Below are positions 9,760 through 21,144 of a DNA stretch of 64,000 nucleotides, piece after piece. Below the pieces are notes generated by a model. That model was not told the DNA's origin and ran no database searches. It was given only the letters and a program-made list of their open reading frames with translations. The stretch spans positions 1,184,001-1,248,000 of the forward strand of contig OX638351.1 in the NCBI GenBank assembly GCA_951813565.1, given 5' to 3'. The stretch is from an uncultured Poribacteria bacterium (GTDB lineage Bacteria > Poribacteria > WGA-4E > WGA-3G). Position numbers and translations under genes: made by a program. How positions within the stretch are numbered: the stretch's first letter is position 1; each line of letters begins with the position of its first letter.

Positions 9760-12465
9760 TTAGCGTCCATGGCATTTTTTATATTTTTTTCCACTGCCGC
9801 ATGGACACGGTGCATTTCGTCCAACTTTTGGCATAGTTCCCATTGCCTGCTGTGAAGCAAATTCTGCTGAAGTTTGAGAGCTATCATTGGCAGCGCGGCG
9901 CGGCGGCGTTCGGCGGGAGCTGCTTGCCTTTCTGTTAGGCACTCGGCGGGGTGCTTCAGTATTAATACGCGATTTGAAGATAAACTCGCTTACTTCTTTC
10001 TCTACGTTTTGATACATGGATTCAAAGACACCGAGTGCCTCGCTTTTAAAAACAACAATTGGGTCTTTGCCGCCATAGCCTGCTCCGAACCTGATACCTT
10101 CTTCAATAAAATCAATATTATAAAGGTGGTCTTTCCAATGGTTGTCAATTCTATCTAACACAAGGAGTCGTTCAAGGAGACGCATGGTCTCCGATCCCAT
10201 TTCAGTTTCCCGTTGTTGATATGCAGTTTTAAGTTCTGCAATGATCTGTGCGTGCAGATCATCTGCGGATATTTCGGTTAGCGGGGTTTTCCAAGTGGGG
10301 TTAATCGGAAAAGTAGTTGTCAACCATTTTGTAAACTGTTCCAGGTCTTCTGTTTCACGCGGGCCTTTTTCAGGAATGATCATATCAATTTCATCATCGA
10401 CGACGTTCTCGATCATCTCCCACACAGTTTCTTTGGAGTCTTCATCTGAGAGAATAGTATCTCTTAATGTGTAAACGGTATCGCGTTGCGCTTCCATCAC
10501 ATCGTCAAATTTGAGTATATTTTTGCGGATATCAAAATTTATCTGTTCAACGCGTGTTTGTGACTTTTCTATTGCTTTTGAGACCCGCGGGTCTGCAAGT
10601 GGAATAGGTTCGTCCGTTGCAGCTCGGATCATAATCCCTTTTAGGCCTTCGATCAGACGTTCAGGTCCAAATTTTTTCATAAGGTCATCTTCAAGTGAGA
10701 GATAGAATGTTGATGAACCAGGGTCTCCTTGTCTTCCAGCGCGACCACGCAATTGGTTATCAATCCGGCGGGAATCGTGTCTTTCTGTTCCAACAATATG
10801 CAATCCGCCAGCGTTCAACACATGTTCTCGATTCTTTTCACAAATTTCTTCTGCTTCGGCGAGTGCCGTTTCTCGTTCCTCAGAATCCGGAGATAAAGCA
10901 TTTAAATTGATTTTCTTTTTTCGCAGCGTATCTTTTGCTAAACCTTCGGGATTACCACCAAGCAAGATATCAACACCTCTTCCTGCCATGTTGGTAGCAA
11001 TTGTTACGGCACCCGGCATTCCCGCTTGGGCGATGATGTCTGCCTCACGAGTATGCTCCTTAGCATTCAATACTTGGTGCTTAATATTCCGCTGTCTGGC
11101 TCTAAGCAGTTTACTTAATTTTTCCGAATTTTCGATGGAAATTGTTCCCACAAGGACAGGGCGACCTTTTTCGTGCTGCTCTGCAATGTCGTTCAGGACA
11201 GCATCATATTTTGCTTCTTCGGTTGCATAGATTTGGTCGGGATTATCAATCCGAATCATCGGTTCATTTGTAGGCACAACAACGACATCCAGTCCATAGA
11301 TATGCGCGAATTCGTTTGCTTCTGTTGCAGCTGTACCAGTCATCCCAGCGAGTTTCTCATACATCCGGAAATAGTTTTGGTATGTAATTTTTGCAAAGGT
11401 TTCGTTTTCTTGCGCGATTTTTACGCGTTCCTTTGCCTCAATGGCTTGGTGGAGCCCTTCACTCAACCGTCGCCCTATTTGTTTTCTGCCAGTGAATTCG
11501 TCAATAAGTATAACTTCGCCGTTTTCTACCAAATAGTGTATATCGCGATTGTAGAGGTGATGCGCGGTCAATGCTTGTTTGACATGGTGAACCAACATGA
11601 TGTTATTTTGTTCATACAAATTTTCTATTCCCAGACGACGTTGGACCTCTTCTATCCCATCATCTGTAAGCGTAACACTTCCGCGGGATTTGCCTTTCTT
11701 GTCAATTTCGTAATGTTCCTCGTTACGGAGCTGCGTAACAACACTATTAATTCTCCGGTAAAGTTCAGCGGGTTTGTCGGATGGGTCCGAAATAATGAGG
11801 GGTGTGCGTGCTTCATCAATGAGGATACTATCAACTTCGTCAAGGATGGCATAAGGATGCCCACGCTGTACTTTCATATCAATGGTAAGTGCTCGGTTAT
11901 CATTCAGATAGTCAAACCCAAACTCACTGTGGACTCCGTAGGTGATATCATTTTTATATGCGAGTTTTTTCTGTTCGTGTGGCATCTGGCTCAGTGTCAA
12001 TCCGACAGACAATCCGAGGAAATTGTATATTTTTCCCATCCATTCGGCATCCCGGCGTGCAAGATAATCATTGACTGTTGCGAGATGAACGCCATTTCCG
12101 GTGAGTGCGTTCAAATAGACAGCGAGGGTTGAAGTTAACGTTTTGCCTTCCCCCGTTCTCATTTCAGCGATTCCACCCTGATGGAGTGCTGCACCACCGA
12201 TTATTTGAACATCGTAGTGCCGCTGTTTTAATGTTCGCACTGCTGTTTCTCGAACAACGGCAAAAGCTTCTGGTAACAACTCTTCAAGAGATGCACCAGC
12301 ATCTAATTGCTTTCGGAACCACGGGGTTTTGGCTTGGAGTTGTGAGTCAGTGAGTCTTTTGATTTCCGACTCGCGTTGGTTGACAGCTTCAACAACTTCG
12401 CGAAAGCGTTTGACATCACGGTCTTCCTTTGTACCAAAGACTTTGTTCATTACTTTTTCAAACAT
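9760..12465 (-). CDS. secA: Preprotein translocase subunit SecA
   Basis: [32 protein letters not shown] and C-terminal [24 protein letters not shown] 12465 has a GAGG RBS. Confidence 0.97.
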   Translation of the reverse strand: MFEKVMNKVFGTKEDRDVKRFREVVEAVNQRESEIKRLTDSQLQAKTPWFRKQLDAGASLEELLPEAFAVVRETAVRTLKQRHYDVQIIGGAALHQGGIAEMRTGEGKTLTSTLAVYLNALTGNGVHLATVNDYLARRDAEWMGKIYNFLGLSVGLTLSQMPHEQKKLAYKNDITYGVHSEFGFDYLNDNRALTIDMKVQRGHPYAILDEVDSILIDEARTPLIISDPSDKPAELYRRINSVVTQLRNEEHYEIDKKGKSRGSVTLTDDGIEEVQRRLGIENLYEQNNIMLVHHVKQALTAHHLYNRDIHYLVENGEVILIDEFTGRKQIGRRLSEGLHQAIEAKERVKIAQENETFAKITYQNYFRMYEKLAGMTGTAATEANEFAHIYGLDVVVVPTNEPMIRIDNPDQIYATEEAKYDAVLNDIAEQHEKGRPVLVGTISIENSEKLSKLLRARQRNIKHQVLNAKEHTREADIIAQAGMPGAVTIATNMAGRGVDILLGGNPEGLAKDTLRKKKINLNALSPDSEERETALAEAEEICEKNREHVLNAGGLHIVGTERHDSRRIDNQLRGRAGRQGDPGSSTFYLSLEDDLMKKFGPERLIEGLKGIMIRAATDEPIPLADPRVSKAIEKSQTRVEQINFDIRKNILKFDDVMEAQRDTVYTLRDTILSDEDSKETVWEMIENVVDDEIDMIIPEKGPRETEDLEQFTKWLTTTFPINPTWKTPLTEISADDLHAQIIAELKTAYQQRETEMGSETMRLLERLLVLDRIDNHWKDHLYNIDFIEEGIRFGAGYGGKDPIVVFKSEALGVFESMYQNVEKEVSEFIFKSRINTEAPRRVPNRKASSSRRTPPRRAANDSSQTSAEFASQQAMGTMPKVGRNAPCPCGSGKKYKKCHGR

Positions 12466-12527
12466 AATTTTCCTCAAACTGCATCAAACTTTTGCATTAC
12501 CAATAGGGCCCTGCTTTTGATTATTTT

Positions 12528-12679
12528 ACCTAAGTTGCTACGGACAAGATTTCAAGCTTGTAGACCTTGCTTTTTACTGAAAAACAAGGATTTCCAGCTA
12601 ATTCTTATGCTTTCTTTTTTAAATCGGGGTTAGAAACCCCTCCTACAAGAGCATTCGCGATATAGGTAGCAACTTGGGT
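12528..12679. mobile_element. MITE-like element, copy 1 (TIR ACCTAAGTTGCTAC / GTAGCAACTTGGGT)
   Basis: Terminal inverted repeats; similar longer copy at 52465-52652; internal GGGGTTAGAAACCCCTCCTAC REP-like hairpin. Confidence 0.75.
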
Positions 12680-12730
12680 TATTTTGCATAAATAGAGTTT
12701 TACTTATCAGCAGGTTGCCGTAGTTTTATA

Positions 12731-13915
12731 TTATTTGTCTCCTATAGGCAGTGGGGCGGGTTCTGTTTGCCCAACCGTTCCGATTGTATCTAATAGATTT
12801 TGTCCATCAATATGTTTTCGTAGAATCGTGTAAATTAGTGTTGTGCCAACAGATGCAAGTGAAAAGAGATAGGCTACCACACCGCCTGCAATACATATTA
12901 ACGTTAACGTTATGAAAATGGCACAGATCGTAGTTGAAAAAGTTGTGGCAGAAAGTTGGGATGGGTTGATGCCAAAGATAATAGTGTTATCTTGAAAAAA
13001 CAGGCTTGCAAATTTCTGGAGTGTTCCGCCTAACCATTCATTAGCAAATCCCAGGGATTCTTGCATGTATGTTTTATGTAGATAGGACGTTGGTAATAGG
13101 ATTATTGCAAACCCAGCGAGGCAGAAGATTGCCCAAATCGGCACAAAGATTAGTTTTAGAACCAGTAAGAAGATACCATAACCTACAATACGCCAAGGTT
13201 GATTCCATACAATCGCAAAAAGTTGATATATAGTTTCAAACGCATCCGTATTGGTCGTAGAAACAATAGCAGGCACAAAAAATAGGCCTGAAATAAAAAC
13301 AGTAATTATAAATGCGATGAGCAAACCGAGTAAAAAAGCGATAGGTGTAAAAAGTGAAGCTAATATGAGGATAGGTTTGCCAAGAAATGGGATTTTGCCG
13401 AGCAACGCAACGCTACCATGTATTAAGAATAAGAAAAATATGATAAAAACTAATCCGAAAAATGAACCAAAAACTGTTTTCCAATTCTGTTTTACGAAAC
13501 TTAAAGCGTTTCCAACTGAAAAGAAATCATCACCGCGTAATTGTTCAATGGTAATCTTGGAAACCATTGTACTGACAAGGAAAAAGATAGCTGCAAAAAC
13601 AACTACACCCACCCACATTGCTCCAGTTGTAAGAGGGTTTAAATTGGTAGCAGCGAATGGCAGAACCGGTATGAGTCCAAAGTTTTCCCAAAACGTTTGT
13701 GCTTTTGTCCCATCCGTAATGAAGATACTGAGATAAACCAATATTTCATAAATTAGGTAGCCGATCAGTATTCCCACCAGGTGAATTCCTATCCTTCGAC
13801 CACTGAATCCATACCGGTTAATTCTGGAGATATCCTTATAGTTGAAGTGGAACTGTTCCATGTTTTCGTCAGATTTACTGATGTGTGTTACGTCAGAATT
13901 ATTATGTGGTGACAA
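12731..13915 (-). CDS. Multi-pass membrane protein of unknown function
   Basis: 394-aa ORF with many hydrophobic segments. Confidence 0.75.
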   Translation of the reverse strand: MSPHNNSDVTHISKSDENMEQFHFNYKDISRINRYGFSGRRIGIHLVGILIGYLIYEILVYLSIFITDGTKAQTFWENFGLIPVLPFAATNLNPLTTGAMWVGVVVFAAIFFLVSTMVSKITIEQLRGDDFFSVGNALSFVKQNWKTVFGSFFGLVFIIFFLFLIHGSVALLGKIPFLGKPILILASLFTPIAFLLGLLIAFIITVFISGLFFVPAIVSTTNTDAFETIYQLFAIVWNQPWRIVGYGIFLLVLKLIFVPIWAIFCLAGFAIILLPTSYLHKTYMQESLGFANEWLGGTLQKFASLFFQDNTIIFGINPSQLSATTFSTTICAIFITLTLICIAGGVVAYLFSLASVGTTLIYTILRKHIDGQNLLDTIGTVGQTEPAPLPIGDK

Positions 13916-14127
13916 CGCGCATTCACTCTATTATGATACTATAATTTACCCAATTGTGTCAAGTATTTATTTGGGTCATTTTAGTTTTCGGTTGCTGTTT
14001 TGTCGGGAGGGAACCACTGGTAGGTTGTTCCTACAGTGGAGTTCGGGGTTGACGCTGGTTGGCACTCTTACAAAGAAGAACTAAATTGGAAGATTAAGAG
14101 TATCATGGAATTAGCGTGCTGGGTTGA

Positions 14128-17100
14128 GTTTCTATTCCACATTGGTGCGATTAAAAGTGGTTCTCTGGCTTCAGCATGACAGACAGAACAAGCCGTTTCT
14201 ATTCCACATTGGTGCGATTAAAAGTTGTGGGTCGCCGTTGGCAATGCTATTGGTGTACCCGTGTTTCTATTCCACATTGGTGCGATTAAAAGGATTGGCC
14301 CCCTGTGACTTGTTCGGCGCCCCTGATCATGTTTCTATTCCACATTGGTGCGATTAAAAGTTTTCTGTTTTATCCCAAGGTGCTGCCAGTTGTTGATCTG
14401 TTTCTATTCCACATTGGTGCGATTAAAAGGCACGTGGGGTTGCTACACCAGAAATCAATTATGTCGTTTCTATTCCACATTGGTGCGATTAAAAGGTTGA
14501 AACTGCTGGCATAGTCAGATTACGTAACAAGAGTTTCTATTCCACATTGGTGCGATTAAAAGAATGCCAATTATGTCCAGTTCGGACTCTGGGTGGCAAT
14601 GTTTCTATTCCACATTGGTGCGATTAAAAGGAGTGCAAGAGGACTAACCAGACAGAACACATATTACTTGTTTCTATTCCACATTGGTGCGATTAAAAGA
14701 AGCCTCCACAGGTTCGGGGGTTATAGGGTTTTCAACGTTTCTATTCCACATTGGTGCGATTAAAAGAAGCCTCCACAGGTTCGGGGGTTATAGGGTTTTC
14801 AACGTTTCTATTCCACATTGGTGCGATTAAAAGTTTGCAGCAACAAGTACCTTATAAGAGTTGAAAGCGACGTTTCTATTCCACATTGGTGCGATTAAAA
14901 GATAAGTGGATGGTTGATCCTACATCTTCGGATCCCGTGTTTCTATTCCACATTGGTGCGATTAAAAGTAAGAAATTCTCCAAACCTACGAGTCAGGAAA
15001 CCCCGTTTCTATTCCACATTGGTGCGATTAAAAGGTTTCAGCACCACTCACATTAAAATAACCAGTAAGGGGTTTCTATTCCACATTGGTGCGATTAAAA
15101 GCGCGTTTGCACAAGAAAGAATTGTTCAGGATACATTAGAGAGTTTCTATTCCACATTGGTGCGATTAAAAGGTAATTAGAAAAACCCGAGCTGATTATT
15201 CCCCGAACAGTTTCTATTCCACATTGGTGCGATTAAAAGGTCTTGATATTGTCAAGCAAGTTGCAAGATATTCTCAGTTTCTATTCCACATTGGTGCGAT
15301 TAAAAGTTTAAAAAACCTGCCTATAGGGTATCGTGAAAATAGTTTCTATTCCACATTGGTGCGATTAAAAGTAGGTGTATTACACACTTTCTACGTTGCT
15401 TGGGGGTTTCTATTCCACATTGGTGCGATTAAAAGTATGTTTAGTTCTTGTTTATAATACTTTTATTTCACACGTTTCTATTCCACATTGGTGCGATTAA
15501 AAGTGGTGAAGATGTAATTATGCCTATCTATACAGATGATGTTTCTATTCCACATTGGTGCGATTAAAAGATTGAACAAGATTTTACAAGGTATACAAAA
15601 GTTGCCAGCGTTTCTATTCCACATTGGTGCGATTAAAAGAAAAAGCCGACAGTCTGTTAACCGTAAACTCAACAACCGTTTCTATTCCACATTGGTGCGA
15701 TTAAAAGTTGGTCTTTACAGGACATAGAAACTGTCTTTGAGTATGTTTCTATTCCACATTGGTGCGATTAAAAGGTTTATGAGAGGGGGAACATGTCCCC
15801 TTCAGACGCAGTTTCTATTCCACATTGGTGCGATTAAAAGAATATGACCCCGAAAAATTCACTTATATTGTTAGTAGTTTCTATTCCACATTGGTGCGAT
15901 TAAAAGGAGTTCCATTCTGGTGCATCACTCCGAATGAATTATAGTTTCTATTCCACATTGGTGCGATTAAAAGACAAACCTCTGCCCTAACATCCTTATA
16001 CGAGATCATCTCGTTTCTATTCCACATTGGTGCGATTAAAAGTCTACGTCTTATCTTGAACAAGTTATCCGTGCTAACTATGTTTCTATTCCACATTGGT
16101 GCGATTAAAAGAACCGATTGTAATTCCGATAGCACATTGTCCAAGCGGTTTCTATTCCACATTGGTGCGATTAAAAGTTATCGCGGCTCTCCCAGTCCGT
16201 ATTGGAGAGACTCTGGCGTTTCTATTCCACATTGGTGCGATTAAAAGTTTAGGCTTGAAAATCCGTGAGCGTGTTTGTAAGAGAGTTTCTATTCCACATT
16301 GGTGCGATTAAAAGGATCGTCTGTGATCCTTGTAGTCAACCTGATATTTGTTTCTATTCCACATTGGTGCGATTAAAAGGTCCAGTTCGGACTCTGGGTG
16401 GCGGTTGGAAATGCCATGTTTCTATTCCACATTGGTGCGATTAAAAGCCGAAAAGGATGACTTTGAATTTGCTAATCAACGAAGAGTTTCTATTCCACAT
16501 TGGTGCGATTAAAAGTTACTAAAGCAAAACTTAGAGTTTATATCTCCCAAGTTTCTATTCCACATTGGTGCGATTAAAAGTATATTCGCATCACAAAAGC
16601 AAAATGGAGCGTTAAGTTTCTATTCCACATTGGTGCGATTAAAAGTGCGGAGGGCCTCAAACTTTTATTTTTGGGTGAATGCTGTTTCTATTCCACATTG
16701 GTGCGATTAAAAGTGAGCGTCCCTGGATTCAACAACAAGGAGATATAAAAAGTTTCTATTCCACATTGGTGCGATTAAAAGGAAAAGTACATGAAGGAGG
16801 TGAAGAGGAAATGGCTGTTTCTATTCCACATTGGTGCGATTAAAAGGTGATGATCTTCGTCGTCATCAGGTAGGGCATGTTGCGTTTCTATTCCACATTG
16901 GTGCGATTAAAAGTGAAAAGAAAGTCCTCGCTGGTGGTTATGACTATACGTTTCTATTCCACATTGGTGCGATTAAAAGTGTTTAATCTTCATTACTCCA
17001 ATGAAGACTATTATATGTTTCTATTCCACATTGGTGCGATTAAAAGTCTGGCCGCTCAGGGCGCTGTTCTGATGCATGTGATGTTTCTATTCCACATTGG

Positions 17101-17310
17101 TGCGATTAAAAGACCAAACATCAACTATGTCCGCTTCGGCTTGTATGGTTTCTATTCCACATTGGTGCGATTAAAAGTGTTTAATCTTCATTACTCCAAT
17201 GAAGACTATTATATGTTTCTATTCCACATTGGTGCGATTAAAAGGGCTTTCCCGGACAGACAGCCAATCGGTCGCCATCAGTTTCTATTCCACATTGGTG
17301 CGATTAAAAG
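14128..17310 (-). CRISPR. CRISPR array, 48 identical 30-bp repeats and 47 spacers (about 35-41 nt)
   Basis: Repeat on + GTTTCTATTCCACATTGGTGCGATTAAAAG; transcribed form CTTTTAATCGCACCAATGTGGAATAGAAAC ends in an ATAGAAAC handle; leader on the cas2 side; counted by hand. Confidence 0.98.
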
Positions 17311-17566
17311 GCTATCCAAAAACTACATAAACATTATAATAAACCCTTACAGTTCCTGTCAAGTTAAAATTTATTTTTGTCAGATTTATGGGTGGTTGCC
17401 GTCAACCTCTAATCGTGCAAATTCTCTGGGAGGTTGACGGCAGTAGACGCATCAAGGGTTTGTCGGGGATTTTGCACGATTTTCGGTGCAGTATTGAGCC
17501 GCAAAATGAGAAAGATTTCGGAGGTCGACAGCAGAACATCAACACAGATTTACCGATGACGCCTTA
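17311..17566 (-). promoter_or_regulatory. CRISPR leader with sigma70 promoter and 13-bp inverted repeat
   Basis: Minus-strand TTGACA (17357-17362), 18 nt, TATAAT (17333-17338); IR TGCCGTCAACCTC (17397-17409) / GAGGTTGACGGCA (17430-17442). Confidence 0.8.
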
Positions 17567-17830
17567 CTACAGCAGGTTTGTCGCAGGATTCTTGTCAACA
17601 CCCATCACCTCTTTGGTCATCCATTTCGCATCGCGCAGTTGATAGATAATAACTGAGTCTTTTTCAGGATCGGTGATTTCTGCTAAACCCGATTTGACAC
17701 GAGCGAACTGTGCTTTGGTCAATTGTCCTTCAAATACAGAGTTTTGAATCCAATTGAGATGTTGACGCAGATATTTACATACCTTTGCCACCCGTTTCAC
17801 TTCTATGTCGTAAACGAGGATGATATACAT
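17567..17830 (-). CDS. cas2: CRISPR-associated endoribonuclease Cas2
   Basis: YIILVYDI...WIQNSVFEG, 87 aa. Confidence 0.96.
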   Translation of the reverse strand: MYIILVYDIEVKRVAKVCKYLRQHLNWIQNSVFEGQLTKAQFARVKSGLAEITDPEKDSVIIYQLRDAKWMTKEVMGVDKNPATNLL

Positions 17831-17957
17831 TGTGATTGCCTCCGTTATATAAGATTGTCACGATTCCAAATCAACGGTATGAATGCCATTAAGGCATTCC
17901 CTGGAGATCGCTCCTACAGCGGTAAATCTGCTTTTTTCGGACGAGGAGACCTTGCCC

Positions 17958-18187
17958 CTACGATTTAGTGTGCTTCTACCACCACTGTCGCGAGCTGGAC
18001 AAGAAAATCGGGCTTAGAAAGCCCTCCCACAAGACAAAGTGCTTCTACCACCACTGTCGCGAGCTGGACAAGAAAATCGGGCTTAGAAAGCCCTCCCACA
18101 AGACAAAGTGCTTCTACCACCACTGTCGCGAGCTGGAGCTCGCTCCTACAAGAAGAGAATCTACGATTTAGTGTGTTTCTACCACCA
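17958..18187. repeat. 69-bp tandem repeat (2 full + 1 partial) of REP-like units, bounded by a 27-bp direct repeat overlapping the cas1 3' end
   Basis: Units start at 17970, 18039 and 18108; CTACGATTTAGTGTGYTTCTACCACCA at 17958-17984 and 18161-18187. Confidence 0.85.
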
Positions 18188-19174
18188 TGGGCGGAGTGCT
18201 TGATACGTCTCCATCCCAACAAGATGTTTGATAAGTTTGTAACACTCTAATCTGATAAGTCGCTGATAGGAAACATGTCGATTCAGTTTACGATGCGAAA
18301 CCGTCTGCTTGAGTTGTTCGTCAAAAGCAGCAATAAAGGTTTTGCGTCCGTGTTCGTTCAGATAACACTCACCGACCTTTGTTTCAAAATGTTTTGATTC
18401 GTTGAGTTGCCCACGGTTAAACAATCGGAAGATAATCCTGTCAATGATCAGCGGTTTGAAGATTTCTGCGAGGTCAAGACTCAGTGAAAAACGACGCTCT
18501 CCCGGTTCATGCAGGAAACTGATTGTCGGGTTGAGCTGTGTGCGATAGATTTCTGTGAGACACGCTGGATACATCAATGAGTTGCCGAATGAGATAGCGG
18601 CATTAATTGGATTGTCAGGAGGACGCCGAACTCGACGTTCAAAAGGGGTTTCCAACTCCAGTATTGTGTTGAAAGCGGAGTAATAGGTGTCTCGGATTGT
18701 CCCTTCGTATCCCATCAACTCATTTGTATTTTTTGCGGATTGGCTTTCGTCAAGTAGCGTTTCTATTGTTTGAATTTGTGTGCTGCAATCTTTGCCACGA
18801 TTGGTATGATACCGCAATATTCGGAGCATATTGAATCCTGCGGATGCGACAAATTCGTGGGCAATCACCATGCGTTTGGCAGGTTTTTCGTAGTGCTGCA
18901 CCTGTTTAACGAGCAGTGAACCGGAGTTGAGATATTCTCTCGGATAATAACTTCCAGAATAGTATCCGTAATAGTTGAATACGTGGAAAGCGATTTTCTT
19001 TTGCGCGAGGAAGTTAAGCAGTTTAGTGTTGAGGTCAATTTCTCCGTAGAAGTAGAGTGCGTCGATGTCTTCTACGGGGATAGGGATACGTTTTGCGTCT
19101 TCCGGTTCAAGGTAGATTGTGTTGTCTTTTCGACGAATTCTACCGGGTTGTGTGATGTAGTAGTTGCGTGACAT
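18179..19174 (-). CDS. cas1: CRISPR-associated endonuclease Cas1 (type I-B)
   Basis: RRKDNT, FNYYGYYSGSYYP, RRPPDNPINAAISFGNS and SLDLAEIFKP motifs; ATG 19174 with AAGGAG RBS; no RT domain. Confidence 0.96.
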   Translation of the reverse strand: MSRNYYITQPGRIRRKDNTIYLEPEDAKRIPIPVEDIDALYFYGEIDLNTKLLNFLAQKKIAFHVFNYYGYYSGSYYPREYLNSGSLLVKQVQHYEKPAKRMVIAHEFVASAGFNMLRILRYHTNRGKDCSTQIQTIETLLDESQSAKNTNELMGYEGTIRDTYYSAFNTILELETPFERRVRRPPDNPINAAISFGNSLMYPACLTEIYRTQLNPTISFLHEPGERRFSLSLDLAEIFKPLIIDRIIFRLFNRGQLNESKHFETKVGECYLNEHGRKTFIAAFDEQLKQTVSHRKLNRHVSYQRLIRLECYKLIKHLVGMETYQALRPWW

Positions 19175-19241
19175 TGTTGGTCTCCTTCGTCGGCTATCGG
19201 GGTTGAAAACCCCTCCCACAAGAGAGGTCATACTACAAGTT

Positions 19242-19751
19242 TTAGCTCCAGCAGAGTTCTTGGTAACTACAGGATTTACATATCTTCATGTAATCGGCGT
19301 GCGGTGGTGTTGGTAGTGCGGTGATTCCTTGGACTTTTGTGATGGCGTCTTCCACCTCTTTTTCTTTTTCGGGTGTGAGTTCAACTTCGGTTGTTTGCCG
19401 TTGGCGCGGGTAGTTGATAATGCCTTTCCTATTGGATACACCTTTCTGTTTGAGCAGATAGAGGTAATAGCATATCTGCATGATGTGCGCTGTTTCCATT
19501 GATGTGCCAAATTTGATGTCGTGGAGGATGCCTTGTTTGTCTACGAAGTCAATACGAATGAGGTTGTCGATGTCCCATTCTCTGCGTTTTTCGCGTGGAT
19601 AACTCTCATCGTGTAGGTGTTTGCCGAGGTCAACTTTATCGGAGGTATGCTCCATTTCGAGATGGTGTGTGTAAAACCAGAGTTTGCGTTGGCAGATGTA
19701 GAGGTAGTTGATGGCTGTGCCGGTGATGTTTGGGTGGTGTGGGTTTTGCAT
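19242..19751 (-). CDS. cas4: CRISPR-associated protein Cas4
   Basis: CQRKLW, RIDF, QICYY and C-terminal CKSCSYQELC Fe-S cysteines. Confidence 0.93.
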   Translation of the reverse strand: MQNPHHPNITGTAINYLYICQRKLWFYTHHLEMEHTSDKVDLGKHLHDESYPREKRREWDIDNLIRIDFVDKQGILHDIKFGTSMETAHIMQICYYLYLLKQKGVSNRKGIINYPRQRQTTEVELTPEKEKEVEDAITKVQGITALPTPPHADYMKICKSCSYQELCWS

Positions 19752-19800
19752 TTGGGTGTTCTCCTTATATCTGTCAATTAGCGGTCAATCCCGTCACACG

Positions 19801-19878
19801 TTGTAGGGCGGGGTCTCTGTGCCCCGCCATATCTGATGTATGGAAACATTGGGCGGGCACAGAGACCCGCCCCTACAA
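19801..19878. repeat. GTAG-type REP doublet (long inverted repeat)
   Basis: TTGTAGGGCGGGGTCTCTGTGCCCCGCC ... GGCGGGCACAGAGACCCGCCCCTACAA; related copy at 41221-41331. Confidence 0.8.
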
Positions 19879-19980
19879 TAAGGTAGGTGTGTTGGGTGTG
19901 CTAAATTGCGTACAAAAAAGGCATTCATAGCGTTGATTTATCGGTTTTGCAAGCTCTACCCGACCTACGAGACTAACTCA

Positions 19981-21117
19981 TTACGGATTTGCATTTACAT
20001 TGTTCCTGTGTCCATACCTACGAAGTATGAGCCTGCCGTTATCCGTTGAACAACTGACGCGGATTCCGCGGGCAACACGAAAAGTATAAACGTTAGCATG
20101 CCCTTGTAAAGCTTTAAATCGTAATCCTCCTCCTGTGAGTGCTGTTGTATCTCCGTTGTTAGCCTTAAGTTTATAGGCAACATGAGCTAATGTTTCCTGA
20201 AGTTTAATGCGTTCTTCAACATTGTTTTGATTGCTGAAGTCATCTTTGAAACTTGGCAAGTATTCCAATCGTGGGAATGGTAGAAGTTCTCCTGTCAAAA
20301 TATCTGCTTTTGTCCGATTCCAAATCAGGTTTCCCCACGCGGACAACCATGCAACAGTTTTTCCGTTATTTGCTAGAGATTCAAGCAGTGTTTCTGGAAT
20401 ACCTTCAAGTTCTTCAATAGGATAATCTGCGTCAGCCGCCATCATTGCAAATTTTGTCCGATGCTGTTGGATTACGGATGTATCAATCTTAATTGGGAGA
20501 CGTGGAATTCTAATCAGATCAGAAGATCGTTCAAAGATATATACAGTTTCATCGGCATAGAATGTGCCGAAAGTCTGCATGTAACCTTGCAGGCTTTTGA
20601 AGCCACCAACAAGATTAAATATGACACGATAACCCGCATCAGGCCGCCACGGGACGTTATCCTCCAACCACTTAATGAGCTCCTTTATACCATCGGTGAA
20701 AGAATCTGTATCTTTCGTCGATAAACCTTTAGGTGTTACAATAGATACGCTACACCCTTTATCTTGCAGAAACTCAGAAATCAGTTTACCTGTTGTTTCT
20801 CCTTGTGCGGTGTCGGTGCAGATAAGATAGTGTTGATCTTTACTGTTTTCAGGTAACCGACCTTCGTAGATACCATAAACACCATTTAATTCTGCACTTG
20901 CCATTCGGTTTGTATTTACATCATTTTCCTGGAGTTTTTTATGTGCGCGTTCAGCGAGTTTTGTAATAACATCTTGAGCCTTAGCTTCTAATTCATCATT
21001 TTTAAGATTTGCTGATTCCACAAGTATTTTTGCCCAATCTCTTGCTTCGTCCGGATCTTTTCTATTGATGGAATTTGTGAGGATACTTGTTCCAACGGTT
21101 GATACGATAAAACGCAT
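19981..21117 (-). CDS. cami1: CARF (APE2256/SSO1393-type) + C-terminal RelE-like toxin; Cami1-like type III effector
   Basis: STVGTS N-terminus, SAELNG, TDTAQG and FNLVGGFK (CARF); C-terminus LEYLPSFKDD...YTFRVARGIRVSC...LILRRYGHRNNV (RelE-like). Confidence 0.75.
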   Translation of the reverse strand: MRFIVSTVGTSILTNSINRKDPDEARDWAKILVESANLKNDELEAKAQDVITKLAERAHKKLQENDVNTNRMASAELNGVYGIYEGRLPENSKDQHYLICTDTAQGETTGKLISEFLQDKGCSVSIVTPKGLSTKDTDSFTDGIKELIKWLEDNVPWRPDAGYRVIFNLVGGFKSLQGYMQTFGTFYADETVYIFERSSDLIRIPRLPIKIDTSVIQQHRTKFAMMAADADYPIEELEGIPETLLESLANNGKTVAWLSAWGNLIWNRTKADILTGELLPFPRLEYLPSFKDDFSNQNNVEERIKLQETLAHVAYKLKANNGDTTALTGGGLRFKALQGHANVYTFRVARGIRVSCSTDNGRLILRRYGHRNNVNANP

Positions 21118-21144
21118 TCTTAGCCTCCTTTCATGCTAAAAGAA

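Noticed and set aside
11173..12132. 319-aa + strand ORF, and similar antisense ORFs such as 7466-7963 and 54872-55522
   Set aside because: Antisense shadows of well-supported genes, with no recognisable motifs
14700..14736. Spacer possibly self-targeting a REP (GTTGAAAACCC shared with about 19202)
   Set aside because: Only 11 nt shared
14124..17437. Many short ORFs containing FLFHIGAIK, FYSTLVRLK or LLIAPMWNRN
   Set aside because: These are translations of CRISPR repeats, not genes
17965..18222. ORFs and a possible second CRISPR array between cas1 and cas2
   Set aside because: Identical 69-bp tandem units with no unique spacers; built from REP-like sequence
19175..19231. N-terminal extension of Cas1 in the ORF track, or an RT-Cas1 fusion
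   Set aside because: The extension is REP sequence; the better start is ATG 19174; no RT motifs
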